Assembly: GCA_964019335.1 (NCBI GenBank)
Contig: OZ025653.1
Location: 682,001 to 746,000 of the forward strand
Source: Diplonema japonicum
Taxonomy: Eukaryota > Protista > Euglenozoa: Diplonemea
Length of the DNA: 64,000 nucleotides
Reading direction: 5' to 3'
The notes beneath the pieces are model-generated. The model was not told the DNA's origin and ran no database searches. It was given only the letters and a program-made list of their open reading frames with translations. Of this stretch, positions 43,568 to 55,760 are shown in pieces. Position numbers and translations under genes: made by a program. How positions within the stretch are numbered: the first letter of the stretch is position 1; every line of letters begins with the position of its first letter.

Positions 43568-46500
43568 TCACCCATAAAAGAGATCCTCGAACTCGACGAG
43601 CTGGTAGAGCATTCTTTCCGCAACCTACATTTAGTTTCTTTTTCAAAAAAAAAGAAAAGAAAGGAAGCATACCCTTGCCTTTCCCTCCTCAATATTAAAA
43701 GAGGAGAAGACGGAAGTAGGGGCCTCCATCTCAGAGTTGTTGTCTTTCATTTGTTGGTAAATGGCGAGGAAGGTTTCTGTCCCCAACTGGGATTCAAGGG
43801 CTTCACGAAGACATTCGATCCGAGAAGAGAGCTTCACTCTCACAGAATCATCAAGGAGGGGCCCACCCCCTCCTGAAACTGGTACCGGGACTGGATCATA
43901 ATGCATCTCTCCCTCACTCGAAGGTGGTGTGTGGAATACCCCTTCGTCTTCGCTCCCAGCATATGGTACCGGCGCTGGGGCCGGTATTGGTACGGGTGCA
44001 GGCACTGGCGCCTGGTGAACAGGTTCCGGAGGCCTTGCAGGAGACTGTATTTATCGATGTTGTTTTACTTATTCCTCTGATACATACCGGGGGTACATCG
44101 CCCACCGACGGCCTCCCCGACACCACCAGCTCAAAGTCCCAGTCCTGTGGTGTTTCGTGAAATTACAGGTAAAACAGGGTATACCTGCGGTTTCCTCTGT
44201 GTTCTTCGTGCTTCGTCTTTGTGATGCTTCTTTGCGTCTTTCACCGACATCCTCGCTTCCCTGCGGTCGTCCTTGTCTTCCTCTTCAGGTTCGTGGGATG
44301 GTTCTTTCTTCGGTTTTGTGCTGTCGACGAAGATGAAGTCCCCCCCGCTGCGTGCCTTTTTGAACGCTTCCTTTGTGTTGGTGCTGAGGTCGATCTTCGA
44401 CTTGATGTTTTTCAGGCTCATGCGGTGCTTGCTCTTCTGCAGACGGATCTCTTCCTGCTCCTTGGCACGCCTCTCATCGCGCACTCCCTTCCGCTTTTCG
44501 TACTGGTCACGTCTCTCTTGGTTCACCACAGCTAGGCTGCGCTTCTGCATGCGTGCATTGGGCGCAGGACTTTGCTGCACTTCCTTCTTTGGTCTGGAGT
44601 GAGACCGAGTCCTACGAGGGGAAGGCGAAGTGGTGCGGTGTTTAGCTATTTGCGCGGAGGGGGCAGTGTGTGGAGGAGGTGTGGAGGACGGGGCTATGTG
44701 GGCACCGGGGAGGACTTGTTGTTTTTTGACATCTTTTGGGTCATTCGCACCAGCAGGCATGACGGCTAGCATGTCCGTTAACAGCTGCAGCTGAGCCTTG
44801 GCATCCTCCATCCACACACCAGTCTGTGAGTTGCCAACGGCACCCATCTTGCTTCTGCTGCGCTCTTTGAGTTTTGCTTGCCGCAGCTGTGCGAAGCTTT
44901 GTTTCTGCTCCATCTTCGAAGTTGCATCCTCTCGACGTGAGCTGGCAGGTGTGTGGAAAGGAGTGTGGCCGTACGAGGGACCAGGCGTAGCTGCTGTCGT
45001 AGCAGTGGTGTTGCTAGCGGCGCTTGCCACGCTGGTGTTGACGCTGGTGTTCGACGTGCTGGCAAAGGACGTATCATGGCATCTGCCCGTGCCTGTGGGT
45101 TCATCTAGCAGACTGAAGCGGGAATCGAAGACGGGAGGGAGAGGTGCTGGCCGCGACGGCATGTGGGATCTTTCCTTGACGACAGAGGGAGATACGGCGG
45201 GGGACTGTTCATGCTTCCTCCTTTGCAATTCATAGACCTTCAGGTCTTCATGGCTGCGGTCGAGGCGCGCCTGTTCGAGCTCCTTCTCTCTCCTCTCATT
45301 TTCATGTTGTTCTTGCCGCTCTTTTTCTTCCCTCTCCTTGCGGAGCCATTCTTGCTGTAGAACAAACTGCTGTCGTTCTCTTTCCTGCTGTTGTCTGTCG
45401 CGCTCTTGTTGCAACCTCCTCTCGTTGTCACGCAGTTCCTCCAGCTTTTCCCGTTCGTGCCTTTCCCTCTCCTGCTGTAGCTTTGTTTGCCTCTCTTTTT
45501 CCAAACGCTCTTTTTCGAGCTGTCTTAGTTTTTCTTGCTTTTCCCTCTCTTGGTGCATTCTAAGCTTTTCCTTTTCTTGTTGCAGTCTCGTGAGTCTTTC
45601 CTTTTCTTGCCGTTCAATCTCCTGCATCTTTTGCTGGTGTTTTTCTTTCTCCTCTTGAATCTTTCGCTGTTGCAACTGCCTTTCGCGCTCCTGCTTCTCC
45701 CTTTCCTTTATCTGCCGTTCCTTTTCGTACTTGATGTGCTGCCGCTGTCGCTCTTCCCATTTTGCAGCCTCCAGCTCCTGCTGTTTCTGCACTTCCAGTT
45801 TTTGTTTTTCCCGCTCTTCTCTGCGCTGCTTTTCCTCGTTTTCTTTGTCCTTGTCACTGTCACGAGAAGCCCGCAAGTTAGGGCATGGAACCGCGGCCTG
45901 CGGGGAGGAGAGAAACGAAGGGGTCTGGATGGGTGCAGTTTTCAAGGGGTGGTAATCTGTGGTGTTGGTGGTGTTGGTGTTCGTGGGTGTGCTTGGATTC
46001 AACATAGGGTTGAAGGGTCTGTGTACGACCTTGGGGATGGGTCCTACCACGGGTTGGCTGTAGGAAGTACTGTGCCGTGCCGCGTAGGCGGAGAGCTCAG
46101 ACCGCAGGACCGGAGTGAAGGAGGCGGAGTGGACTTGAATGGCATCGCACATGACAACATCACGCAAGGACGGGCGGCAGCGTGGGTCTGGCGAGAGCAT
46201 TGCATCGATGACGGCGGGCAGGCTGCCCTCGATCTGCTTGTCCTTCATCAGCTCTTTGCAGACAGTTGCGAAGGCCCATATGTCGGAGTGCTTTTGGTAT
46301 GGCAAGCCGACCTTCACTTCAGGTGCCGTGAAGAAAGGAGATACAGACGCACGCCTCTGAGCGTCGTCTTGGTTGATGAGATGCGATTTGATACCAAAGT
46401 CACCCAACTTGAGAACTTCCTTCGCGTTGATGAAGATGGTGTCGAGAGTGATGTCCCGGTGCACAATGTCTGACTTGTGCGCGTGGTCGACGGCCATGGC

Positions 46501-46860
46501 GAGCTGGGTTATCCACGAGAGCACCTTCGAGGTGTCAGCAGAGAGGAGCGATAGGCGTAAGCTGCCATTGTCCGCGTAGTCCGTTAGTACGTTCAGGTGT
46601 CCCTTCTCTTCAAACGATCCATAACAAGAGAGGATAAACGCGTGGCGGAGGGAGCTTAGCTGCCTCACCTCAGCTGCTGCGTCCTGCCGCTCACGTGAAC
46701 CCATACCCTTCACTTCCAACCTGCGTAGAGCATACAATCTTCCATCAGCCAAGCCCTCTACTAGCAAACAACAGCACCCTGTTTTATAGCTTAAGGTTTT
46801 GATCCTCTTCAAGGCGCACCCCCACCCACATGGTTCGTCACCCCCGCTTTCACCCTCCAT
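43568..46860 (-). CDS. NEK-like pseudokinase with long coiled coil and NEK1-like C-terminal helix; 3 introns
   Basis: HRDITLDTIF, LGDFG, FTAPE and SDIW; E/Q/R/K coil; RIECLREALE..LG. Introns 44145-44184, 44045-44087 and 43625-43672 join three ORFs. Confidence 0.82.
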
Positions 46861-47047
46861 CTCTCCTGAGGGGGGGGAAGTACTAATTGTAATTAAAAAA
46901 ATTGAATAAGGTGTCACTTTGTATTACTTTTTTTTGGAAAAAAAAAAAAAAAAGAAAAAAAAAAAAAAAAAAAAAGCAGTATAGCTTAAATCTTCTTTTT
47001 TTTTCTTCTGTTCGAGTGGCAAAAAGACAAGGCTGGTTGGTCTGATC

Positions 47048-48735
47048 AAAAAAAAACTCAAAGTGCAGGACAAACCCCCTCATGGAGGGCCGCCCTTGGG
47101 TGGGTTAGGGGGGGTTATCTTTTTATACTCCCCTTCTGGAGCATTGCTTTCGTTCCAATCGAGGCCTTGAGCGTCTTGCGGAGTCGTGTGATGCGGTCTC
47201 GCTTGTAAGCGGCTTTCAGTTCCATCAGCTTGTCGTGAGTGGTGTGGGTGGCGAAGATGGGCCTCCTGGCGAAACCCATAGCCGTCTTCCCACCTATTGC
47301 GATGAGGGACTTCACTCTCTTCTGGTCATCTGCTGGGAAGGGGCGTGGCTTCTTCCGTGCCCTGCATGCCGCGTTCAGCTTTCTTATCAGTGCTTTGATC
47401 TTGCGAGCCCTATCTTCCAGCAGACCCCCCAGTAACTTGCCTGTCGTCCATTCGAAGTCGATGGCCAATTCCACCGCTGACACTTCAGAGCTGGTGTCCT
47501 CCTTCACCCATCGTAGCTGTGACAACCACTGCAGCAGCGGGTTCAAGAATTCTGCGACGATTCCTCCCACTCCTTCGAGCTCCCCCGCCGTTGGCACGAG
47601 GCATCTCCTTCCCTCCACATTGCGTACCCACGGCAGCGGCTGTGTGCTGGCGTTGTCTATTTGCATGAGCTCCACATCCCGTTTCCCGACCACCACAGCC
47701 ATGTATCGCTGCAGCTTCTCCAGGTGTGCGAAGACATGCCCCCTCGGCAGTATCGCGTGCAGCTCCAGACATAGGGGCCATCCTGATCTGTTGCGCAACG
47801 GCTCCATTCCGTCTAGTGCCAGTTCCTCTTGTGCACAGGCGCACTCATACAGCTGATGGCGGAGTAAGGTCACCGTGTCCGGGTGTGGAGACTTGCACAG
47901 GTCGCATCTGAATCCTTGCGTGTGCGATACCTCCGTCGTTGGTGCCTGGCCCATGTTCTCCTCGTCGTCACCGTTGTCGTCACCTTCAGGCGCCAGTGGG
48001 ACGCTCTTTCGCTTCGCATTTGCGTGCGGGTTTAGGTAGGGAACCCCTCCTGCGATCACTCGTCTCAGGCTGTAGGACATGAGCGGGTCCTTGGCCGTCC
48101 TCCATAATCGGTTCGTCTTGGGGTCCGCCCCCGGCTCTATCCCGCTTATCGTGCTCCTCTCGACCGCCAGCGTCCTACTTCGGGCCTTCCTCACCACCTC
48201 TCTAAAGATGTGTCCGCGTTCGGCCCAAGATGTGTTGCAACCTAGTAGCTGCGCCCAACTCCATCCTATTCGGGGAAGCCACCGGCAGACCAGGTTGCCA
48301 ACCGGCCCCATCGGGATGGAACCCGCGTCATACCCCGCAGCGATCTGCATGCATCTCTGCCGTAGCCGACTGTCATCGAGTGCTCCGGATACTACCTTCA
48401 GGGAGTGGTACATTACGTAGGAAAGGGGGTCATTGGTGTGCCCCTTCAGCAGGACTGTGTTTACCGCGGTGGGCGACCGTCCACGGTGATGAGGGCCCCA
48501 CAGGTTACAAGTGATCTTCGTCGTTAGCTTCTTGAGTGCCTCATCACATGGAGGGGAGAACGGCCCACTGTATAGGCAAGATGGCAGGACCGTCGTGCTG
48601 ACCAAGTGTGCTTTGGTTTCGAAAGCAATCCTTGTGCCCCCCAGTCGGTCCAGCGAGCCAAGCGCCCCCGTGGTCGGTTTGTTCCACGTCGTTCCTGTCC
48701 TGCGTGTGTTGATCTTCACCCCCAGTCCGCAGAGG
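47048..48735 (-). mobile_element. Retrotransposon family B, copy 3 (longest; 5'-truncated at the end of the RT region, uninterrupted 534-aa ORF)
   Basis: LGVKIN and VLPSCLYS resemble RT end/thumb; CDLC...HQLYEC knuckle; same 3' end as copies 1 and 2. Confidence 0.85.
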
Positions 48736-49156
48736 AAAAAAAAAAACTAGTTTGGCACTCCATTTGTTTGTGCGCACGAGCGGAATTTTACCTAATAAAA
48801 TAGCTCATTACGCTGCCATCAACTAGTTTTTAGTCTCGACAATAATATTGTTAAAAAAAAAAAAAAAGAAAAAGAAAAAAGAAGAAAAAAAAGAATACCA
48901 TAATGCATCATATAGCCTGATTGAACGCCACTTCTAATAAATAAAAGGGGGGTCATTAAGTAATGCCACTCAAACTTTTCCACAAGGTTTACTGATTTTA
49001 AGAGGAAGGGGAAGGTCGACCCCTCGGGTAGATGGGTTGTAAATTGGTTGCACTGATGATGGTAAACATCGGTGTTTGGGCAATTTGCGAAAAAGTGTAT
49101 TGTGATTGCAATAGTTTCTAGTAACAAAAGAAAAGAGTACATTGGCACGTTATTTT

Positions 49157-49792
49157 TTTTATTTCACTCTTCAGAAATTACTTCACGCACTGGGGCCCAT
49201 TACTTCACGCTAAATCTCATTACTTCACGGTGAAATAATGGCCTTGGTAGGCCAATTTTTGCCTCGGTTCGGTTCCCAGTGGGGCTACTTTTTCCTCTCA
49301 GTTTGCTAATTTCCCCCAGGTTCAGTTCAATTGGCCAACTTTTGCCTCGGCTCAGTTCCAAGTTGGACTACCTTTTCCTCCCTTTTTGCCCACTTTTGGC
49401 TAGGCCTTGTTCCCAGTTTATGTGGGTAACTCTTCTGTGGGTAAGGTAACTTAGTCAGCTTACCCAAGCACCCCAAAAGACTTCAAATACCGAAGCAGCA
49501 GAAAAAAAGGAGCCAGCGGCCGCGCCAGGTATGGGAAGGCTTGATTAGAGATGGTGACAGTGGCAATGCCAGCGACAGCGGCAGCTCTAAGTCAACAAAA
49601 GGAGGGAAAACAACTTGTATTGTAACCTTTGTAACCCCTCTCTTGTTGTAGCCCTTGTCACCCTGTTGTGCCCCTCGTGGTGAAGTAATTTCTGAGTGTC
49701 GTGAAATAAAACCACTTACCTACCGCCAAGTAATGCTTTACCGACCTCGAGGTAACGGTAAAGTCATTACTTGTTGGCAGTAAATAGCTATT
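49157..49792 (+). mobile_element. Helentron/HINE-like non-coding element, copy 2
   Basis: Inverted copy of 12553-13235, about 47 bp shorter; IR pair 49157-49186 / 49680-49711; hairpin 49721-49782. Confidence 0.8.
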
Positions 49793-50734
49793 TTTTGTTT
49801 CTTTTATTATTCAAATGCAATATGGTTTTAAAAATGATTATAAACTTGTTTTTCTTTATTCCGAGGGATTTTCCTTCTGCAGGGATTTTCTTTTTTGCCT
49901 TTTGCTTTTTTCTCGAGTGAGAGCAGAAGTGCGACAAGTTTTACCATATTATTTTTTTTAAAAGACTATTTGTACTACATAACCCTGCCCAACATTTTCT
50001 CTTTTTTTTCTGGCGAACGGAATGAAAACCCTTTAGTTTTGAGGCGTTTCTTTTGTAATGTTACTCCACCCAGTTAGATTCAACAAGGGTTTAAATGTTC
50101 ATAACGGAGAAGAATTATGTTCAGCTTTATTTGATCCCTTGTGAAGACAGGGCTTCTTTTTTTTAGGGGGGGGAAGAGAGGAAGAGAGAGTGGAAAATAT
50201 TCTTTTTTCGAAGGTCAAGGAAAGACAGGAATTTTTCTTTTTCTTCGCTCTTTCGAGCTCACATTTCTTTTGTTTTCAAGGCTAGATACATGGAGCTATT
50301 CAGAGGAAGGTTTGTCTTTTTCGCAAGCCGGTGCGTGGCAAGGTTTTTTTTTTTTTTTTTTTTTTTTTTGCCAACATCCTTGCTAGATTTAAGAAGTAAC
50401 AATAGTGGGTTGTACTCAAAAAAAAAAGTGTTTATTTCCTTGAGGGGCGGGGGCGGGGAGGGGCTCAAAGATTCCCCCAGTGTACCCCGAAGGGAGCAGA
50501 CAGCTTTCTATTGGGTATCACACAATTTCTATCTCTTCGCGAAATCATAAAAATCGAGTCAAATCAACGCACAACACACAACACAGATAATTCGTTTAGG
50601 CTAGTATAGTCAGAAGACATATCTCAAGGGGAAAATTTTATGAAAACCCCTCTGTCCTTTCTCATAATGTGCCTGGCTGTCATTATTTGACAATTCGCGG
50701 GAGGAGTGAAAAAGAGAAATAACGCTCCTCTGTG

Positions 50735-53065
50735 TTACCTCTTCTCGTAGAGCAACTGGGCAACAGCATCACAGTCACCCTTTGTTTTCAATGCTGCTTG
50801 AAAACACTTTTTTCTACCGAATTTGTGAACAAGGCCTTTTTCTACAAGGGTTTTCATAGCCACTGCCGGCCACGTCAGGATCTGATGCTGCTCATCATAA
50901 TGAGCCTCAAGGGAGAGGTAGCGCCATGACTTGCAAGTCTTCGATGCACTATGCAGGTCTGCCTTCATCAGAAACGACAAGATCATTTTCAGCCTAGCTA
51001 CGTCGATCACCCTCAACCCAGGGGGGACCTCAGGCAGCCTCCATGTTCTCTCCACGGGGCCTGTGTACCAGTACTCCATGTCCCTGCGTACATCCCCTGC
51101 CTTCAAGTGTTTCTTCTGCAGTATTTTGTCGCCCACGTTCTGCAGCACCTTCCAGGCCACCGCCTTCTGCAACGCACTTTTGAACTTAACCTCCTTCTCG
51201 TCCCCCATCATGACCAGCCCCTCCTCCAACACCTCCATCACTGTCCCTTCATTGAAGCCTTTCATCTTTGCTGTCAAACACTTTACATTCTCTAACGGCA
51301 GTTCTTTAGCGAAGCCCTGCAGCACTCCCATCGCTGCCTCATAGTGGTCGCTCTGCCTCACCAGATCCATGTACACAGCATTGAAGGTGTCAAGGTACTG
51401 CTTGCTCTTGAAGTCCGCCACAGAGACCCCGTTCTCAGCTAGTTTGCTGCCCAGCGTATTGCTGCAGAAGTCCACCACTGTGACGTGCAAGCGACGGGTC
51501 GTGTTGTATGCTACTATCTTTGCGCAGGCCTCTTCAGTATCGGTAAGGGTACCACTGAGGACAAGGACGAGTGTGTTCAGTGGTTCTGCTGTGTCCATCA
51601 GGAAGGGGTCTAGGGCCGCTGACAGGCTACACGTCTTCCCAACGCGCTGTGTGTACTTAGACAAGATCAAGGCATCCTTCACAGCAGCAGGACGGAACAG
51701 AGGTGGGTATAACTTTTCAGAAAAGAGCTGTAATTCTCCGCCAGTCAGCGCTGCCAGCATTGTACTGTACAAAACGGCATCAGCGAATCGGGCACTAGTA
51801 CCTTCGTCGCACTGGCACAGCACCAGCGTCCCGTCTTTGAAGGGCATCGTATCGTCTAACATCTTGCTCTCCGCTATGGGCAGCAAGCAGTTCAGCATAC
51901 TGGTGGCATTCATTCTGTCGAAGGCTTGCAGCCTTTCGAGTATCTCACCGAACGTAAAGTCCGGCCAGACACCGTCGTTTTTCAGCCTCTCTTCGAGCAG
52001 CTCGTCCACGCCCGCACACCGCACGGCCGTGTACCACTTGAGGCAGTCCTCTATCTTGCTATACCTTGCGACGGTTAGCTTTGTCACAGACGGGATGCTT
52101 TGTTTGAACTTCTTCTTCAGGTACCCAATGTGAGGCTGGTGGATTATCAGAGCGTTAAAGTCGTACAGCTGTGCCTCTGTGAGCCGAAGAGCGTGTTCAA
52201 CGTTAGCAGGCCTGGCTCTCCTGGGCTCGAAGATACATGGAAGGAACTCCGGCATCTGCATGTCTGAAGGGTTAGCGTGAAGCAACTTGGCGACTAAGCG
52301 CCAGGTTAGTGGGGACTGCATGAGGAGGGCGGACTCCAGGGCGCTCTTGGGGAGGGTGGAAAACCATTTCTTGAGATGCAAACAAACACCGCCGCTCAGG
52401 GTAAGCTTTGGGATGGGGTTACGGTCTGCCAGGTTGGCCACACGGGCGAGGTCTGCCTCAAGACGCACGGCTCTCTGACACCGCTTCTTTACGAATTTCG
52501 ACTGCATTGAGTACCTGTAGGACAACGAAGACTTCTGTTTCTTAGTAAATGCTTTGCCACCAGCACCGCTAAAAACTGCTTTTCGAGCACTACCAGCGGC
52601 GGTCTGATAGGGTGTGTCTGAGCAGCGGACAGGGCTCCCTCGTGTGGGGCGTGTCACGTACTGGCTAGGGCTTGGGCTGAATTGCAGAGCAGCAGCGACA
52701 TCAGGTTTGAAGCGCTTTACCGCTTCTTTTTCTTGTTCTTTGCCATCTAGCTTTACAGCTTCTTGCTCAAGGCTGCGCTTCACAGCTGCCGTTTTCCTCT
52801 GCGAGTCCAACACGGTACAGATCTCCCTCATTTCGTGTACATCAAGACGGCCCTTCTTTACAACTTCGTCTAAGACATCCCACATCCCTTTCGCTATACA
52901 TGCGAAAACTACATTTTTCTTCACTTCCTTTTCTATCCCTCCCAGCTCAATCTGACTCAATACCCTCGAAATATACCCCTCTCTGTCCTCTTCTAATATC
53001 TTCACGTGATCTTCCGCTTGAGACGGCACCTTTCCCTCTAATATCATTTTCATGTTGCAAGTCAT
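50735..53065 (-). CDS. Hypothetical protein, 776 aa, with C-terminal F-box-like and UBA-like segments
   Basis: LKMILSFLMKADLHSASKTCKSWRYL (F-box-like); LVEKG...ALKTKGDCDAVAQLL (UBA-like). Confidence 0.7.
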   Translation of the reverse strand: MTCNMKMILEGKVPSQAEDHVKILEEDREGYISRVLSQIELGGIEKEVKKNVVFACIAKGMWDVLDEVVKKGRLDVHEMREICTVLDSQRKTAAVKRSLEQEAVKLDGKEQEKEAVKRFKPDVAAALQFSPSPSQYVTRPTRGSPVRCSDTPYQTAAGSARKAVFSGAGGKAFTKKQKSSLSYRYSMQSKFVKKRCQRAVRLEADLARVANLADRNPIPKLTLSGGVCLHLKKWFSTLPKSALESALLMQSPLTWRLVAKLLHANPSDMQMPEFLPCIFEPRRARPANVEHALRLTEAQLYDFNALIIHQPHIGYLKKKFKQSIPSVTKLTVARYSKIEDCLKWYTAVRCAGVDELLEERLKNDGVWPDFTFGEILERLQAFDRMNATSMLNCLLPIAESKMLDDTMPFKDGTLVLCQCDEGTSARFADAVLYSTMLAALTGGELQLFSEKLYPPLFRPAAVKDALILSKYTQRVGKTCSLSAALDPFLMDTAEPLNTLVLVLSGTLTDTEEACAKIVAYNTTRRLHVTVVDFCSNTLGSKLAENGVSVADFKSKQYLDTFNAVYMDLVRQSDHYEAAMGVLQGFAKELPLENVKCLTAKMKGFNEGTVMEVLEEGLVMMGDEKEVKFKSALQKAVAWKVLQNVGDKILQKKHLKAGDVRRDMEYWYTGPVERTWRLPEVPPGLRVIDVARLKMILSFLMKADLHSASKTCKSWRYLSLEAHYDEQHQILTWPAVAMKTLVEKGLVHKFGRKKCFQAALKTKGDCDAVAQLLYEKR

Positions 53066-53426
53066 TTTTTTCTCTTCTTCTTTTTTTTTTTGTTAGGTGT
53101 AGTTTTTTTTTTTTTTTTTTTTTTTTTCTTTTTTCTTTTTCGTGCAGTCCTTTTTTTTTTTTTTTTTCCCCGGAAGATGAAGCAGGGTCAACGAGGGAGG
53201 AATAATTGTGGTTTCTCTCTTTTTTTTTTTTAAAGAATACAGATATGCCATTTTGATCGAGGGTAAGGGGGGCTTTCGTGTGATGACTAAATAAAAGGGG
53301 GGGGGGGGGAGGGGGCGATAATAAAGAGGAAAAAGCATGGCCAAAATAAAAAGAAAAGAGAAAATAAAAAGAAAAAGAATTCGAAAATGTGGAAGAGGAA
53401 AAGAAAAAGAAAAAAGGAAAATGACT

Positions 53427-55354
53427 TCATCGCCTAATGGTTTTTTCTGCTTTTTTGTATTCTTCCGCTCTGCTGTAGAAAGTGTCAAGCGCATCTCGCA
53501 TCTTGGGGATGACCTTTTTGCGGCGTTTGACCTGTGTGAAGGTGTGTTAAGAGAAAAAAAAAGAAAAAAAAAACCTTCTTCTCAGACTCCTCGAAGGGAG
53601 AGCTCTTCTCGAATGCTGCGATGTCCCCCATGGTCTGCACCTCCTCACCGTCTCCTTCTCCTTCTCCGGCTTTCCGCCCGGAGGACAATTCTGCCCTTTT
53701 CCTCTTGGCCGCCTGTTTCGCTTTCCACCTTTGGTGTTCCTGCTTTTGTAAATACAGTTTTTTCTCCTTCAAATGTTTTGGTCTCCTTATTTTCACCCTT
53801 TCCTTCTCGGACGGCAGCTCGTCTGGCCGCACAATGGTGTTCTCTACATCGCTGCTGTCGATGTCGCCCTCTTCCACGCCCCCCTGCTGCTGCTTCTTCT
53901 TCTGGTGTTCTTGCTGCCTTTCATGCAACTTCTTCAACTCACGCTTCTCTTTAGCCTTTCTTGTGTCGATCTTCCCGATAGCACGAGGATTCAAGGTGAT
54001 CATCTCAGGCGGTAGCTTATCGAGAAGCATATGCACAGGACGCTCCTTGCGCTGCTGCTGCGTCTCGTAAGGGTTGGCCACGTAGTAGTCGTAGTTGGCC
54101 TCACCTGAACCAGGAACGATGATGCTGCCGAAACCAGAGACATGCGACTCCCCCAAGATATCCTCGTAAGGACAGTACCTCACACGTGAGATGGTGTCCT
54201 GTTTGTTGGCATTGCAGTGTGTGAGGTACGGTGTGCGTGGCTTGCTGCCTGTCCAGTCTTTCCACACCTCCACCTTGCTGTATGACGACACTGCCAGAAG
54301 ACCCGTCTGACTGATGTCCAGTGATTTGGGTGCCGTCTTCTGCGCAATGTTATGCAGCATTTTCCACGTCCTTGTGTCCCACACCTTGACCATGGAGTCC
54401 GCCCCCGCAGTTACCATGTACCTCCCGTCCAGCGGGAAGGCCACGTCGACCAACGGCGCCTGGTGTGCCAGGACCTTCACCAAGGGTGCCGTTGCCTTGG
54501 GCGACCACAAGGAGACAACCCCAGAGGTGTGCCCTAATGCGGACACGGCGTTGTAGGGGTTCTTTCTGAGCACGCCACAGGGTCCCATTTTGGTTCTTTG
54601 TGCGGCGATATGCTCACCAATGGAGACGTCGAAGTAGTGCAAGACACCTGTGCAGTGCTTGTGTGTTGTTGTTAAGGAGCATACCTTGCGTGCCGACACC
54701 TGTGAGGAGGAAGTGGTTGGGGAGGAAGTCGAGAGCACGGATGTTCTGGTGGTTCTTCAGGAGATGTATTTCATTCCCTTTGTTGTTGTAGATGTATACG
54801 TACTTCTTCTGCGCGGTTGCCAGCAGCTGGTCGTCGTGGAGGAAGGTCACGTCGTAGCACTTGTCGCGAAGCTGCACTTCTCCGAAAAGACGGAAGTTCT
54901 TCCAGTGGAAGGTGGAGAGGTGGCCCTTCTCACCGGCAAGCACGAGCATGTTGCCGTTGGGGGAGTACGCGTGTGTGTAGGGGCCGAGCTTGTCTAGCCT
55001 GATGTCAAAACGCTTTCTTTTAGTCTGAACGTCAACACCACCGACGATCTGCTTCTGGGAAATATCCCTCCCCTGCTCACCGTCATCGAGCTCAAGGAAC
55101 CCAGCCTCCTCTGTGTTGTGCACCATTTCAGATTTCGCAGCGCTCCTCACAGCTGCTTCCTTCATCCTCTTCGCATTCCGTAGTGTCTTCTTCAGCCTCC
55201 CCGACTGGTCGATCTCCCCCACGTATCTCGCTTGGTCCACGTTCCCATCATCTTTTTTGTACTTCTTCATCTTCATCTTCGTCTCCTTCTTCACCTCCTT
55301 TTCCCTCAATTTCACCTCATCCCGTCCCACCATCTGTCCATCTTTGCCCTCCAT
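53427..55354 (-). CDS. WDR46: WDR46/Utp7 SSU processome component; 2 introns
   Basis: EEAGFLE, KLGPY, AQKKYVYIY, LDFLP.HFLL, NPYNAV..GH, CPYEDILG, IIVPGSGEANYD and NPYET. Introns 54648-54684 and 53532-53574. Confidence 0.93.
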
Positions 55355-55760
55355 TTTGTACTACTGTGATGGTATACTGTTGCCACAAACACAAAGAGGG
55401 GGAGTAGAGTTCCTATAATTCTATCCAAACTGCCTGAGAGCCTCACCAGGTTCGTCTCCAGTTAAAAAAAAAAGGGTATCAAGAAGAGGGGGGAGGGGGG
55501 CGATACTTAGGTAAAAAAAAAAAATTACTGTACTGAATGGGGGAAGGGAGCAATGAAAAAAAAAGAGACAAACCTCCTCCCCCCCCCATTTTTTTTCTCC
55601 GTTCTTTTTTAGTTTTTTATAAAAGGAAATAAAATGCCAGGGGGAAGAGGGGGTTAGGGGAAGATAACACTTTTTTTTTTTTTCCCTTTTTCTTTTTCTT
55701 TTTTTGTTTAAGACGAGAGAAAAGGAGTTTATGTTAACAACGCTTTCTTTCTTTCTTTCT

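Noticed and set aside
48745-48829. AACTAGTTT direct repeat as a TSD of a small insertion
   Set aside because: Single instance in AT-rich DNA; cannot be distinguished from chance.
21557-55354. Programmed frameshifts or pseudogenes in split ORFs (metacaspase, Pelota, WDR46, TBCCD1)
   Set aside because: Each break is resolved by a canonical short intron giving an in-frame product.
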